Assembly: GCA_016181265.1 (NCBI GenBank)
Contig: JACOZP010000006.1
Span: 19,962 to 83,961 of the forward strand
DNA length: 64,000 nt
Direction of reading: 5' to 3'
Origin: Candidatus Woesearchaeota archaeon
GTDB lineage: Archaea; Nanobdellota; Nanobdellia; Woesearchaeales; GW2011-AR9
Below are positions 19,231 through 27,624 of the stretch, one piece after another. Position 1 is the stretch's first letter. Each line of letters opens with the position of its first letter. The notes below the pieces were generated by a model. That model did not search any database. It was not told where the DNA came from and worked only from the letters and a program-made list of their open reading frames with translations. The translations under genes were made by a program, and so were the position numbers.

Positions 19231-19277
19231 GGTCTCTAAATGAAATAAAGCGCTTCCTATTTATTTCTTTCCAGAAT

Positions 19278-19339
19278 TATAGTCATCCCCTCGGATGACT
19301 ATATGTCAACCAACAAGTCAGTATCTCTTGTTGGTTGAC
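19278..19339. repeat. Double-hairpin element, copy A (downstream of dnaK)
   Basis: TATAGTCATCC-CCTC-GGATGACTATA (11-bp stem) then GTCAACCAACAAG-N9-CTTGTTGGTTGAC (13-bp stem). Confidence 0.85.
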
Positions 19340-19379
19340 TTTAAATAAAAAAATAAAAAGAGGAAAGAGAAATGGGACT

Positions 19380-21245
19380 TTATTTTTTCTCTTTGAAATC
19401 AGCATCGACAACCGGCTCTTCATCACTGCCTTCTTCAGAGTGACCATGTTTCTCTGACTGTTTCTCTGATTGTTTGCCTGTGTGTTGTGCAGCTTCCTGA
19501 TACATCTTTGTTCCGATCTCCTGAACGACCTTATTCAATTCGTCAATGCCTTTCTGGATTCTCTCGACATCTCCTTCTTTACGAGCCTCTTCTAGCTCTT
19601 TCATGCCATCTTCAATCTTCTTCTTGGTACCAGAATCTACTTTATCTTTGAATTCATCCAACACTTTCTGCGTCTGATAAAGCAAAGAATCAGCATTATT
19701 CTCTGTATCAATACGTTCTTTCTTCTTTGCATCCTCTGCTTCAAACTTCTTAGACTCCTCTTTCATCTTCTCGACTTCTGCTTTAGAGAGGTTACCAGCA
19801 CCCGTAATCTTGATGCGCTGTTCTTTCCCTGTCCCAAGATCTTTTGCCGAAACGTTGACGATACCGTTAGCATCAATATCGAAGGTCACTTCGACTTGTG
19901 GTACACCTCGTGGTGCAGGAGGGATACCCATCAGATCAAACTGTCCTAACAGCTTATTATCATTAAACATAGAACGTTCTCCCTGTCCGATACGGATTGT
20001 CACTGCGGTCTGATTATCCGCCGCTGTAGAGAAGATCTGTGATTTCTTTGTCGGGATAGTTGTATTTCTCTCGATCAGCTGTGTAAAGACACCACCAAGT
20101 GTCTCGATTCCTAATGTTAAGGGAGTGACGTCCAGTAACAGGACATCTTTCACTTCACCAGCAAGGACGCCTGCTTGAATCGCTGCACCGAGAGCAACAG
20201 CCTCATCCGGATTGACAGATTTATCTCCTTCTTTGCCGGTGATCTTACGTACCAAATCCTGAACCGCAGGAATTCTCGTCGAGCCGCCAACAAAAATGAC
20301 TTTGTCGATCTTAGCCGCGGAGAGCCCCGCATCACGCAGAGCATTCTTCACCGGCGTTTCCAATCGCTTGAGGATATCGGCGATCAGTTCTTCAAATTTA
20401 GCCCGGGTTAATTCTTCTTTAATATGTTTCGGCCCGTTCTGATCAGCGGTGATAAATGGGATGCTGATCTCTACTTTCGTTTTTGTGGACAATTCGATCT
20501 TCGCTTTCTCTGCTGCTTCTTTCAAACGTTGTACCGCTGTCGCATCACGACGGAGATCGATTCCCGTAGAACGCTTGAAGATGGTAATCAGATGATCCAT
20601 AATTAACTCATCAACATCATCTCCACCAAGCATATTATCGCCGCTCGTGGATTTAACTTCAAAGATACCATCCCCTAATTCTAGGATAGAAACATCAAAT
20701 GTTCCTCCCCCAAAATCGAAGACGAGAATAGTCTGTTCTTTCTCTAGCTTGTCCAGACCATATGCTAACGAGGCTGCTGTCGGTTCGTTGATGATCCGCA
20801 AGACATTTAATCCGGCGATATCCCCTGCATTCTTCGTCGCTTGACGCTGTGCATCATTAAAATAAGCAGGAACAGTGATTACTGCATTCTTTACTGGCTG
20901 CCCAAGATAAGCTTCTGCATCCCGTTTCAATTTTTGCAGGATCATTGCAGAAATCTGTTCGGGAGTATATTCTTTATCATCTATTTCAACTTTTTCATTC
21001 GTTCCCATTTTCCGTTTGATCGAACGGATCGTGTGTAACGGATCAACAATTGCTTGGTTACGCGCAATTTGCCCAACAGTCACTTCTTTATCACGGACGT
21101 GCACGACACTCGGTGTTGTCCGTGTTCCTTCCGCATTAGAGATAATTGTCGGCTTGCCTGCTTCTAAGACTGCCATCGCTGAAAAAGTGGTACCTAAGTC
21201 TATCCCGATAGTTGCACCCGATACTGTTTGTTTTTTATCTGCCAT
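19380..21245 (-). CDS. dnaK: Chaperone DnaK (Hsp70)
   Basis: [46 protein letters not shown] Shine-Dalgarno before ATG 21245. Confidence 0.99.
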   Translation of the reverse strand: MADKKQTVSGATIGIDLGTTFSAMAVLEAGKPTIISNAEGTRTTPSVVHVRDKEVTVGQIARNQAIVDPLHTIRSIKRKMGTNEKVEIDDKEYTPEQISAMILQKLKRDAEAYLGQPVKNAVITVPAYFNDAQRQATKNAGDIAGLNVLRIINEPTAASLAYGLDKLEKEQTILVFDFGGGTFDVSILELGDGIFEVKSTSGDNMLGGDDVDELIMDHLITIFKRSTGIDLRRDATAVQRLKEAAEKAKIELSTKTKVEISIPFITADQNGPKHIKEELTRAKFEELIADILKRLETPVKNALRDAGLSAAKIDKVIFVGGSTRIPAVQDLVRKITGKEGDKSVNPDEAVALGAAIQAGVLAGEVKDVLLLDVTPLTLGIETLGGVFTQLIERNTTIPTKKSQIFSTAADNQTAVTIRIGQGERSMFNDNKLLGQFDLMGIPPAPRGVPQVEVTFDIDANGIVNVSAKDLGTGKEQRIKITGAGNLSKAEVEKMKEESKKFEAEDAKKKERIDTENNADSLLYQTQKVLDEFKDKVDSGTKKKIEDGMKELEEARKEGDVERIQKGIDELNKVVQEIGTKMYQEAAQHTGKQSEKQSEKHGHSEEGSDEEPVVDADFKEKK

Positions 21246-21267
21246 TGTAGTTTCCTCCATTAAGAGT

Positions 21268-21357
21268 TATAGTCATCCCAGTGGATTTTCCGTAAGGAAA
21301 ATCCCCTCGGCTGACTATCTGTCAACCAACAAGTCGGTATTTCCTCGTTGGTTGACT
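21268..21357. repeat. Double-hairpin element, copy B (between grpE and dnaK), with an extra inserted hairpin
   Basis: Near-identical to copy A in the same orientation, with a 26-nt insert containing GGATTTTCC-GTAA-GGAAAATCC. Confidence 0.85.
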
Positions 21358-21403
21358 ATATTCTTAGTTTTGTTTAGTTAATGTTCTTTAATGTATGACC
21401 AAT

Positions 21404-21946
21404 TCATTCCTTCTTCTCTACGTTTCTACCTGCGCTTACTTTTACTTTTGCATGGCGGATGACTTTTCCATGCAATAGGAATCCCCGTTGATATTCTTCT
21501 AGGATAGTATTTTCCGGCGCCTCCGAAGGGATCTTTAAGATCGCTTCGTGAAGAAAAGGATCAAATCTTCCACCGACTGTCGGAACCACAGCCACGCCAT
21601 TCTGTTCTAGGAACGTATTAAACTGTGTAGAGATCAACGTGACACCTTTGATGAAGTTTTCAGGATGTTCCATATCCACGTGCTTTAATGCTAAATCGAG
21701 GGTATCGAAAATAGGTAGTACACCCAAAATACTATCCCGTGCTGCCATTTCTTGCATCTCCTCAAGACGCTTCTGCGCCTGTTTACGATAGTTCTCGAAA
21801 TTCGCCTGCGTTCGCAAAAGCAAATCCTTAAGTTCATCTAAAGTGTGCAAAGGGTCCATACGCGGACCCCCTGCCACAGAGGTGTCAATAGGAGAAGATG
21901 ATGGATCATTTTCCGATTGTTTTTGATTATTTTCTTTTTCTGTCAT
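21404..21946 (-). CDS. grpE: Nucleotide exchange factor GrpE
   Basis: LRTQANFENYRK, FDPFLHEAI, YQRGFLLHGKVIRHAKVKV. Confidence 0.96.
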   Translation of the reverse strand: MTEKENNQKQSENDPSSSPIDTSVAGGPRMDPLHTLDELKDLLLRTQANFENYRKQAQKRLEEMQEMAARDSILGVLPIFDTLDLALKHVDMEHPENFIKGVTLISTQFNTFLEQNGVAVVPTVGGRFDPFLHEAILKIPSEAPENTILEEYQRGFLLHGKVIRHAKVKVSAGRNVEKKE

Positions 21947-21979
21947 ATCTCAAACCCCCCCACCAAAAGTTCATCTTAG

Positions 21980-21994
21980 GTCAACATTGTTGAC
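21980..21994. promoter_or_regulatory. Palindromic candidate operator overlapping the predicted grpE transcription start
   Basis: GTCAAC-ATT-GTTGAC, located 16-30 nt downstream of a minus-strand TTTATATA box (22010-22017). Confidence 0.55.
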
Positions 21995-22061
21995 TTAAAA
22001 CGCAACCAATATATAAATTTTGTGGGAAAAGTTTAAAAATACGCGTACCCACCCCGTTATC

Positions 22062-22460
22062 ATGACCCAACGCATAACTATTTTAAGAATCCGAAAAGCA
22101 GCTCCCGAACCTGATGTTAATCGCGAACTCCAATGGGTAGGTACTTCTCTCGGTCTCTTTAATCTCCGCGATAAAGACAGTAGCTGTTTCCGCATCTTTA
22201 TTACTATCATCCAAAAAGCGCATCGTCACGAACCTATCTCTTCTGATGAAATCGCCGAGAAGTTAAATTTGACACGGGGGACAGTTGTCCATCACCTTGA
22301 TAAATTGATGGACGCCGGCATTGTCTTGCGAGAGAAAGAAGGATACATCCTCAGAGAAGCTAACCTTAGTAAAGTGATTAAAGACATCCAGCGAGACGTA
22401 CAAGATATTTTTACAGAAGTAGAACGGGTAGCCAGAGAGATAGATGAGCGATTGGAATGA
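22062..22460 (+). CDS. Winged-helix transcriptional regulator (ArsR/TrmB-like), divergent from grpE
   Basis: SSDEIAEKLNLTRGTVVHHLDKLMDAGIV HTH; TTTAAAAA box about 25 nt before ATG 22062. Confidence 0.88.
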   Translation: MTQRITILRIRKAAPEPDVNRELQWVGTSLGLFNLRDKDSSCFRIFITIIQKAHRHEPISSDEIAEKLNLTRGTVVHHLDKLMDAGIVLREKEGYILREANLSKVIKDIQRDVQDIFTEVERVAREIDERLE

Positions 22461-22528
22461 GACAGGTCTAAAAATTAAGGAAAAATACTCAGAAATTCTT
22501 TTAAAGAAAGAAGGGAATTGAGAGAAAT

Positions 22529-22801
22529 ATGACCAAAGATCACTACATAGTCCCACCCGAAAAACAAGAAGAATTTTCTAACTGGAGAATAAAATCGACA
22601 ATTCGAGAATACCTCGTAAAAGGAGCGATAGTTTTCACGGGATATACTGCGTTTGACTTCCTCTCTCAGAAAGAGTGGAGTAAAGGAACACTCACCGGAC
22701 TAGCACTGTTTGTTTTCGTAGATATGTGGAAAACCCACCAGACAATCAAAAGAGAAGAATTGGAAGAGATGATATCCCTCAATAATAGAGATAATAATTA
22801 G
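22529..22801 (+). CDS. Small hypothetical membrane protein
   Basis: 90 aa, two hydrophobic segments. Confidence 0.55.
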   Translation: MTKDHYIVPPEKQEEFSNWRIKSTIREYLVKGAIVFTGYTAFDFLSQKEWSKGTLTGLALFVFVDMWKTHQTIKREELEEMISLNNRDNN

Positions 22802-22854
22802 TGAAAGAGCTCGTGTAAAGATTCTTTAAAGTCAAAAGAAAATCTTAACCTTTT

Positions 22855-23580
22855 GTGTCTCGCCAACTAACTCTTCTTGGAACAATCCATACCGACCCAT
22901 TGGGGATGAAGAGATTGTATCGAGCGACGACAACAACCCAGAGAAATACAGTTACTACGTTTGAACTAGAAGATGGTCGGATTTCTTGTTTCGCTGCCGA
23001 GCACCGGGACTTTCTTGCCGATTGGCTCAAAGACCTCTTCGACTTAGAACCAGAACAAAAAGAAGAATTCAAAGATCTGTTAAGGAATTACGGCTATGAA
23101 TCAAAGATTGCCTTCGGTTTACAATTGTTAGGATATAAAGCTCACCCCATCGACGATGCCACGGCAGAACGCGATGGCGCATTGATTATCCTCACGGGGA
23201 AAAAGCAGAAACCGGAATATATGCAGGAGTACCATCAGTTAGTTGGTATCCTATACCAACAGCTCGGGTTCATTGAAGATCCGGGAGAACGAGAAGTTAT
23301 CGCCATCTGCGGAGCATACGTCTTTTTTGAACCAGAAAAGCGACAGGAGATCGCTGACTACCAGTACAACCGAGGACTAGAGGACATAAAAGTAAAAACG
23401 ATGCCATCAACAATCCAACGAGATCAAACGATGGAAGGACGTATTAGAAGAATCTGGAATGAAACCGATGCAGACCTCATCCATGTAGGAGGATTATTTC
23501 ACATCTATGGGCCATACCAGAACCTATACGACCGGTTACAGGACCTAAATCCCATCCGCAGAAAATTAAATGAATTTTAA
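22855..23580 (+). CDS. Hypothetical protein, TraB/GumN/ChaN-like fold
   Basis: LLGTIH, RDQTM and HVGGLFHI match the spacing of TraB/GumN-superfamily motifs. Confidence 0.5.
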   Translation: MSRQLTLLGTIHTDPLGMKRLYRATTTTQRNTVTTFELEDGRISCFAAEHRDFLADWLKDLFDLEPEQKEEFKDLLRNYGYESKIAFGLQLLGYKAHPIDDATAERDGALIILTGKKQKPEYMQEYHQLVGILYQQLGFIEDPGEREVIAICGAYVFFEPEKRQEIADYQYNRGLEDIKVKTMPSTIQRDQTMEGRIRRIWNETDADLIHVGGLFHIYGPYQNLYDRLQDLNPIRRKLNEF

Positions 23581-23797
23581 TGATAACAAAAGATATGATT
23601 ACAACTTGATCTCTAACCGACAATAAGGACAATATACTTTCTGCATCCCCGAAAACAATAGAGAAACAAACTTATACTTGCAGTAGGGACAATCTTGTTT
23701 TTGTTTGAGGATATAAAACCACCAAACCTGCTCAAAAAAGAAAGAATTAATAAGACTTACGAAAAAGAAACGAAAAAGAAAAAAAAGTAGAAAATTT

Positions 23798-24178
23798 CTA
23801 ATCCGAAGCTAGTTTCCAAATTGTCTTCATCCCAACAATGATTGCGCCAGGAACAACGAAGACCACAATGTTACTGAGGATAGCACGCAGATAGATACCT
23901 ATCCCAGGAATCAAACCGAGATTGACAATCCCGGCCAGCATCAAAGCTATTGATGCAACCAAGAAAGGGGTTGTTTCCTGTGCAGTCAGGTTAAATAAAC
24001 CGACAATCAAACCCAAAACAACCAACGTCGTCACTAAGACCTCTGGCGCAATGTAGGTATGAAAAAATCCTGCCAAGATTGCAATCAACAGACCGACAAA
24101 GAACGAATAATGGGCAAGACGATGCCATTCTACTCCCTGCTTGCTTAAAAATGATGAAGCTACTTTTGCTTTAGCCAC
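23798..24178 (-). CDS. Small four-TM membrane protein
   Basis: GAGGTGA Shine-Dalgarno, GTG start; VLGLIVGLFNLTAQETTPFLVA. Confidence 0.8.
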   Translation of the reverse strand: MAKAKVASSFLSKQGVEWHRLAHYSFFVGLLIAILAGFFHTYIAPEVLVTTLVVLGLIVGLFNLTAQETTPFLVASIALMLAGIVNLGLIPGIGIYLRAILSNIVVFVVPGAIIVGMKTIWKLASD

Positions 24179-24283
24179 TATCTATCACCTCTATAATAAC
24201 AGTTACAATGAAACAATTTTAGTATATAAATGCTTCGGTTTCGTCGAGAAAGATTTTAAAAATAGCAGAAAAATAAAGCTCAG

Positions 24284-24559
24284 ATGACCGCCGAATTTAC
24301 TGTAGAAAAATGCAAGACTAAAGCAACATATTCTGCAAAATTAAAGAAGCAGCAGCAACTACACTTGACTAAGATTGCACAACGACTAGAAGTCATTTTA
24401 GAGACACCAATTCTACTTGTTATAAAAGAAGAAGGAGTTGAAGCCGTTGTTCATCGCTATGGAGAGATTCTGTTTAAGAATTGTTCGGATGTAGCGTTAA
24501 TGGAGAAAATTGCCAGAAAAGTATTCGAACTTGGCCTAAAGAGAGAGAAGACGTCATAA
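24284..24559 (+). CDS. Hypothetical protein
   Basis: 91-aa ORF with a TTTTAAAAA box about 25 nt upstream. Confidence 0.65.
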   Translation: MTAEFTVEKCKTKATYSAKLKKQQQLHLTKIAQRLEVILETPILLVIKEEGVEAVVHRYGEILFKNCSDVALMEKIARKVFELGLKREKTS

Positions 24560-24597
24560 AAATGCGTGAAGCAACGCATTTTTACATAAGAAAAAAG

Positions 24598-24683
24598 CGC
24601 CCTCGACCAGGATCGAACTGGTGACCTGTCGGTTTCTTTTCAGCGACTAACAGCCGACCGCTCCACCGCTAAGCTACGAGGGC
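24598..24683 (-). tRNA. tRNA-Asn(GTT) with a 14-nt intron at 37/38 (24634-24647)
   Basis: Acceptor GCCCTCG/CGAGGGC, anticodon stem GTCGG/CCGAC, loop CT-GTT-A|A, T arm ACCAG-TTCGATC-CTGGT; no encoded CCA. Confidence 0.93.
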
Positions 24684-24740
24684 ACAATTTCCATTCGAGA
24701 GGCATTGAATTTATAAAGATTTTGCCGTTAAAACCAATTC

Positions 24741-25451
24741 ATGAATATCGCTCCCCACATCCAGATCATTGAAACTGCTCTCTGGCTAGAACAAGAAGAG
24801 ATTCTCATCATCAACGATCTCCATCTCGGCTACGAAGAATCTCTCCGCCAAAAAGGCGTGCTTATTCCAAAATTCCAATTGCAGGAGATTGTTTCTCTTC
24901 TCCAACGTATCCTCCAAAAAGTGAAGCCCGATAAAATTATCATCAACGGCGACCTTAAGCATGAATTCGGAAAAATCCTTAACCAAGAATGGAAAGATGT
25001 CCTGCAACTGCTCGATTTCCTTCTCCAACATTGCGCGGAGATAATTATCATTCGAGGAAACCACGACCCCATCATCAAGCCCATTGCAGAGAAACGAAGA
25101 ATAAAAGTCGTTACTGAATATAGAGCCAAAGGTACATTGATCCTCCATGGCGATGAACTTGTCGAAACTGACGCGAAGAGAATTATCATCGGCCACGAGC
25201 ATCCAGCCATCACTATCCGTGAAGGGAGCAAATGGGAAAAATACAAGTGCTTTCTCAAAGGAAAGTGGAATCAAAAGGAACTGATTGCCGTACCCAGTTT
25301 CAATCCACTGCTAGAAGGAACCGATATTCTCAAAGAAGAAACACTCAGCCCATTCCTCAAAAAGATTGACTCTTTTGATGTCTTCATTGTTAACGAAAGT
25401 GAAGTATTCAACTTCGGGAAAGTCAAAAAGATAAAAGAAAAGAATCAATAG
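24741..25451 (+). CDS. Calcineurin-like metallophosphoesterase (COG1407-like)
   Basis: DLHLG, NGDLKH, RGNHD, LHG, GHEHPA, VPSFN. Confidence 0.92.
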   Translation: MNIAPHIQIIETALWLEQEEILIINDLHLGYEESLRQKGVLIPKFQLQEIVSLLQRILQKVKPDKIIINGDLKHEFGKILNQEWKDVLQLLDFLLQHCAEIIIIRGNHDPIIKPIAEKRRIKVVTEYRAKGTLILHGDELVETDAKRIIIGHEHPAITIREGSKWEKYKCFLKGKWNQKELIAVPSFNPLLEGTDILKEETLSPFLKKIDSFDVFIVNESEVFNFGKVKKIKEKNQ

Positions 25452-25496
25452 AATTCTTAAAAAATATTTTGAAAAAAAAGATGGAATGAAAAAAAG

Positions 25497-25850
25497 ATGA
25501 AAAGAATACTCATTGCGGAAGACAAAGAATTGAATCAACGGTTATATCAGAGTTTATACTCTCCACTAGCGGAAGTAGAAATTGTTTCTTCCGGCCAAGA
25601 AGCCTTAGAACGTATAGAGAGAGGTGTTGACAAGCTAGATCTAATCGTCCTCGACGGCTCAATGCCCCCGGGACCAACGGGAGATGTCATTGCCAGACGA
25701 TGCAAAGAATTGTATCCCACCTTAAGAGTAGTCCTCAATACAAGCAACCCTAACGATTACAAACATCTTGGAGAATCGGGAATACCTGTCTTTGATAAGA
25801 CCCCTTACACCCTACTCTTGGAGTACGTCAGAAGAATACTAGAAGAATAG
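25497..25850 (+). CDS. Stand-alone response regulator receiver protein (CheY-like)
   Basis: RILIAED, IVLDGSMP (phosphoacceptor Asp), LNTS, DKTP. Confidence 0.85.
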   Translation: MKRILIAEDKELNQRLYQSLYSPLAEVEIVSSGQEALERIERGVDKLDLIVLDGSMPPGPTGDVIARRCKELYPTLRVVLNTSNPNDYKHLGESGIPVFDKTPYTLLLEYVRRILEE

Positions 25851-25851
25851 A

Positions 25852-25986
25852 CTAACCTTCCTTCCCCGGTTCTTGTTTCGTATACTTTTCATGAACGGGA
25901 TGATCCGATTCAGGATCATACTCCCATTCATCCTCTTTTTTCTTCTTCAGTTTCTTCTTTTTGAGAAGATCATTTTCTGAGTTCAT
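25852..25986 (-). CDS. Small charged hypothetical protein, 44 aa
   Basis: Not in the track: MNSENDLLKKKKLKKKKEDEWEYDPESDHPVHEKYTKQEPGKEG; ATGA-coupled to the upstream ORF. Confidence 0.5.
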   Translation of the reverse strand: MNSENDLLKKKKLKKKKEDEWEYDPESDHPVHEKYTKQEPGKEG

Positions 25987-26237
25987 TGTCCGCCCCGCGC
26001 TTTTTTATTATACTCAACTTGCCTCTGCTGATGATAAGAACAGAAAATGATCCCCGCTACCGCTTTCTCTGAACAACGGACGCAAATCCCTTCTTTACGC
26101 CGGTCATAATATGACTTCTTACGCTCTTTCAAGAGACGTTTCTTATTACCATGATAAAATTTAAGGAAGCGATTAACGTACTTCTTCTCAGTCTTCTCCC
26201 CTCCTTTCAATCTTGCCAGTAATTCTTTCCATACCAT
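25983..26237 (-). CDS. Small basic zinc-finger-like protein
   Basis: CVRC...CSYH; start ATG 26237 overlaps the fpg stop (TAATG). Confidence 0.7.
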   Translation of the reverse strand: MVWKELLARLKGGEKTEKKYVNRFLKFYHGNKKRLLKERKKSYYDRRKEGICVRCSEKAVAGIIFCSYHQQRQVEYNKKARGGQ

Positions 26238-27040
26238 TAGCGTTGGCACCTCGGACAATAATAAGTGCCCCGTCCACTTTGATTAATCTTTCTAATCGGA
26301 TGACTTTTGGGACAACGGTCCTTTTGATAGACAGAAAGCAGATCCTGAAATTCTCCTTTTCCATCGATGTGGCTAAAGTTTTGGATCGTCGTGCCATTCC
26401 GTTCTATTGCTAAGGTAAGAACATCTCGTAACTCCTGATATAATTTTTCTCTCTTTGAAGTATTGATGTCCTCAATTTGTGTTCGGGGATCAATTCCCGC
26501 TCGATACAATGCTTCTTGAGCATAAATGTTACCGATTCCTGCAATAAGAGATTGATCCATCAATTTTGTCTTGATCACTGCTGAAGGAAACCGTTGTAAC
26601 AAAGAATCGAATAATGTAAACGTAAATGAAGCAGCTAACGGCTCATATCCTAGCTGAGAAAAAGTATTCTCCAGTTCTTTCGCGGAAACATTCTTAATAC
26701 CCCCAAAACGTCTGATCTCATTAAACGTGAAGAAGGAGCCATCATCTAGATGAAACGTACCGGAGAGATACTTCTGATAGCTATTCACCTTGCTTCCCTG
26801 CGGAACATAATGAAAATGTCCCGTCATCCGCAGATGCGCGACAAGATAAGAATTGGTGTCTAGAGTAAAGACGATAGATTTCCCTCTTCTCATAATATCA
26901 ATGATCCTCGCCGGCAGACCTTTCTTAACAGAATGAGAAATGACTTTTGGATCTTTAATCACTACCTTCTCGATAGTCTTAAAACAGACTGTAGTACGTA
27001 ACTGACGGACAACTGTCTCCACTTCCGGAAGTTCAGGCAT
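26237..27040 (-). CDS. mutM: Formamidopyrimidine-DNA glycosylase (Fpg/MutM)
   Basis: MPELPEVE, RRGK, HLRMTG, RRFG, LMDQSLIAGIGNIYAQE, GRGTYYCPRCQ. Confidence 0.96.
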   Translation of the reverse strand: MPELPEVETVVRQLRTTVCFKTIEKVVIKDPKVISHSVKKGLPARIIDIMRRGKSIVFTLDTNSYLVAHLRMTGHFHYVPQGSKVNSYQKYLSGTFHLDDGSFFTFNEIRRFGGIKNVSAKELENTFSQLGYEPLAASFTFTLFDSLLQRFPSAVIKTKLMDQSLIAGIGNIYAQEALYRAGIDPRTQIEDINTSKREKLYQELRDVLTLAIERNGTTIQNFSHIDGKGEFQDLLSVYQKDRCPKSHPIRKINQSGRGTYYCPRCQR

Positions 27041-27091
27041 AAGAAAGAAGAACCCCACAAAATATATAAAGTTTTAGGACTTGGCTAATGT

Positions 27092-27595
27092 ATGGTAGAT
27101 GTACGTGATCTCCTGCGAAAAAGAGAAAAAGAGACGGTCTTAAAAACACTTCGTAAGACTAGGAAAGCTTTCATCACTGAATATACCTGCAGTATTCTGC
27201 TACTGCTGCTCTTGGGAGTATTATATGTGAAAGGAGTTGCAATTAATAGTTCAATCACCTACTTTGTCTTGGGAATATCCCTAGTTTCCGTTGGATCAGC
27301 AGAATTATCCCGGTTATTTATTCGCTATCAAATCACCGAAAACAAATTTATGATCATCCAAGGGTTCCTCAAACAAAGCAAAAAGAATGTTTACTTCCAA
27401 GCTCTCGCTTTCATTCCAGACTTAAACGTCAGGCAAAGTAGACTGCAAAGACTATTAAATTTTGGGTCTGTATATCTTAGAAGCGGTGGTGAACATACCT
27501 TCGAGATCCACGACATAAACAATCCTCAGCAAGTTCTAGATACGATTGAGAAACTCATTGAGCATAATAAAGGTAGTAGAGGAAGAAGAGAATAA
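27092..27595 (+). CDS. Membrane protein with bacterial PH (bPH_2-like) domain
   Basis: Two TM helices then YQITEN...GFL...RQSRLQRLLNFGSV...IHDINNP. Confidence 0.8.
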   Translation: MVDVRDLLRKREKETVLKTLRKTRKAFITEYTCSILLLLLLGVLYVKGVAINSSITYFVLGISLVSVGSAELSRLFIRYQITENKFMIIQGFLKQSKKNVYFQALAFIPDLNVRQSRLQRLLNFGSVYLRSGGEHTFEIHDINNPQQVLDTIEKLIEHNKGSRGRRE

Positions 27596-27624
27596 AGTAG
27601 TCCTGAGTAAAGTATTCTTATTTT

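Noticed and set aside
19278..21357. Palindromic repeats as a CRISPR array or composite transposon carrying dnaK
   Set aside because: There are only two copies about 1.9 kb apart, no spacer periodicity, no cas or transposase gene, and dnaK is in its normal grpE-dnaK-dnaJ context.
21947..22061. CIRCE/HrcA regulation of the chaperone operon
   Set aside because: No TTAGCACTC-N9-GAGTGCTAA is present, and the adjacent regulator is far shorter than HrcA.
23581..23797. 217-bp gap possibly hiding an ncRNA or small gene
   Set aside because: No convincing ORF, stem or repeat was found; the A-rich end fits a T-tract terminator for the convergent gene.
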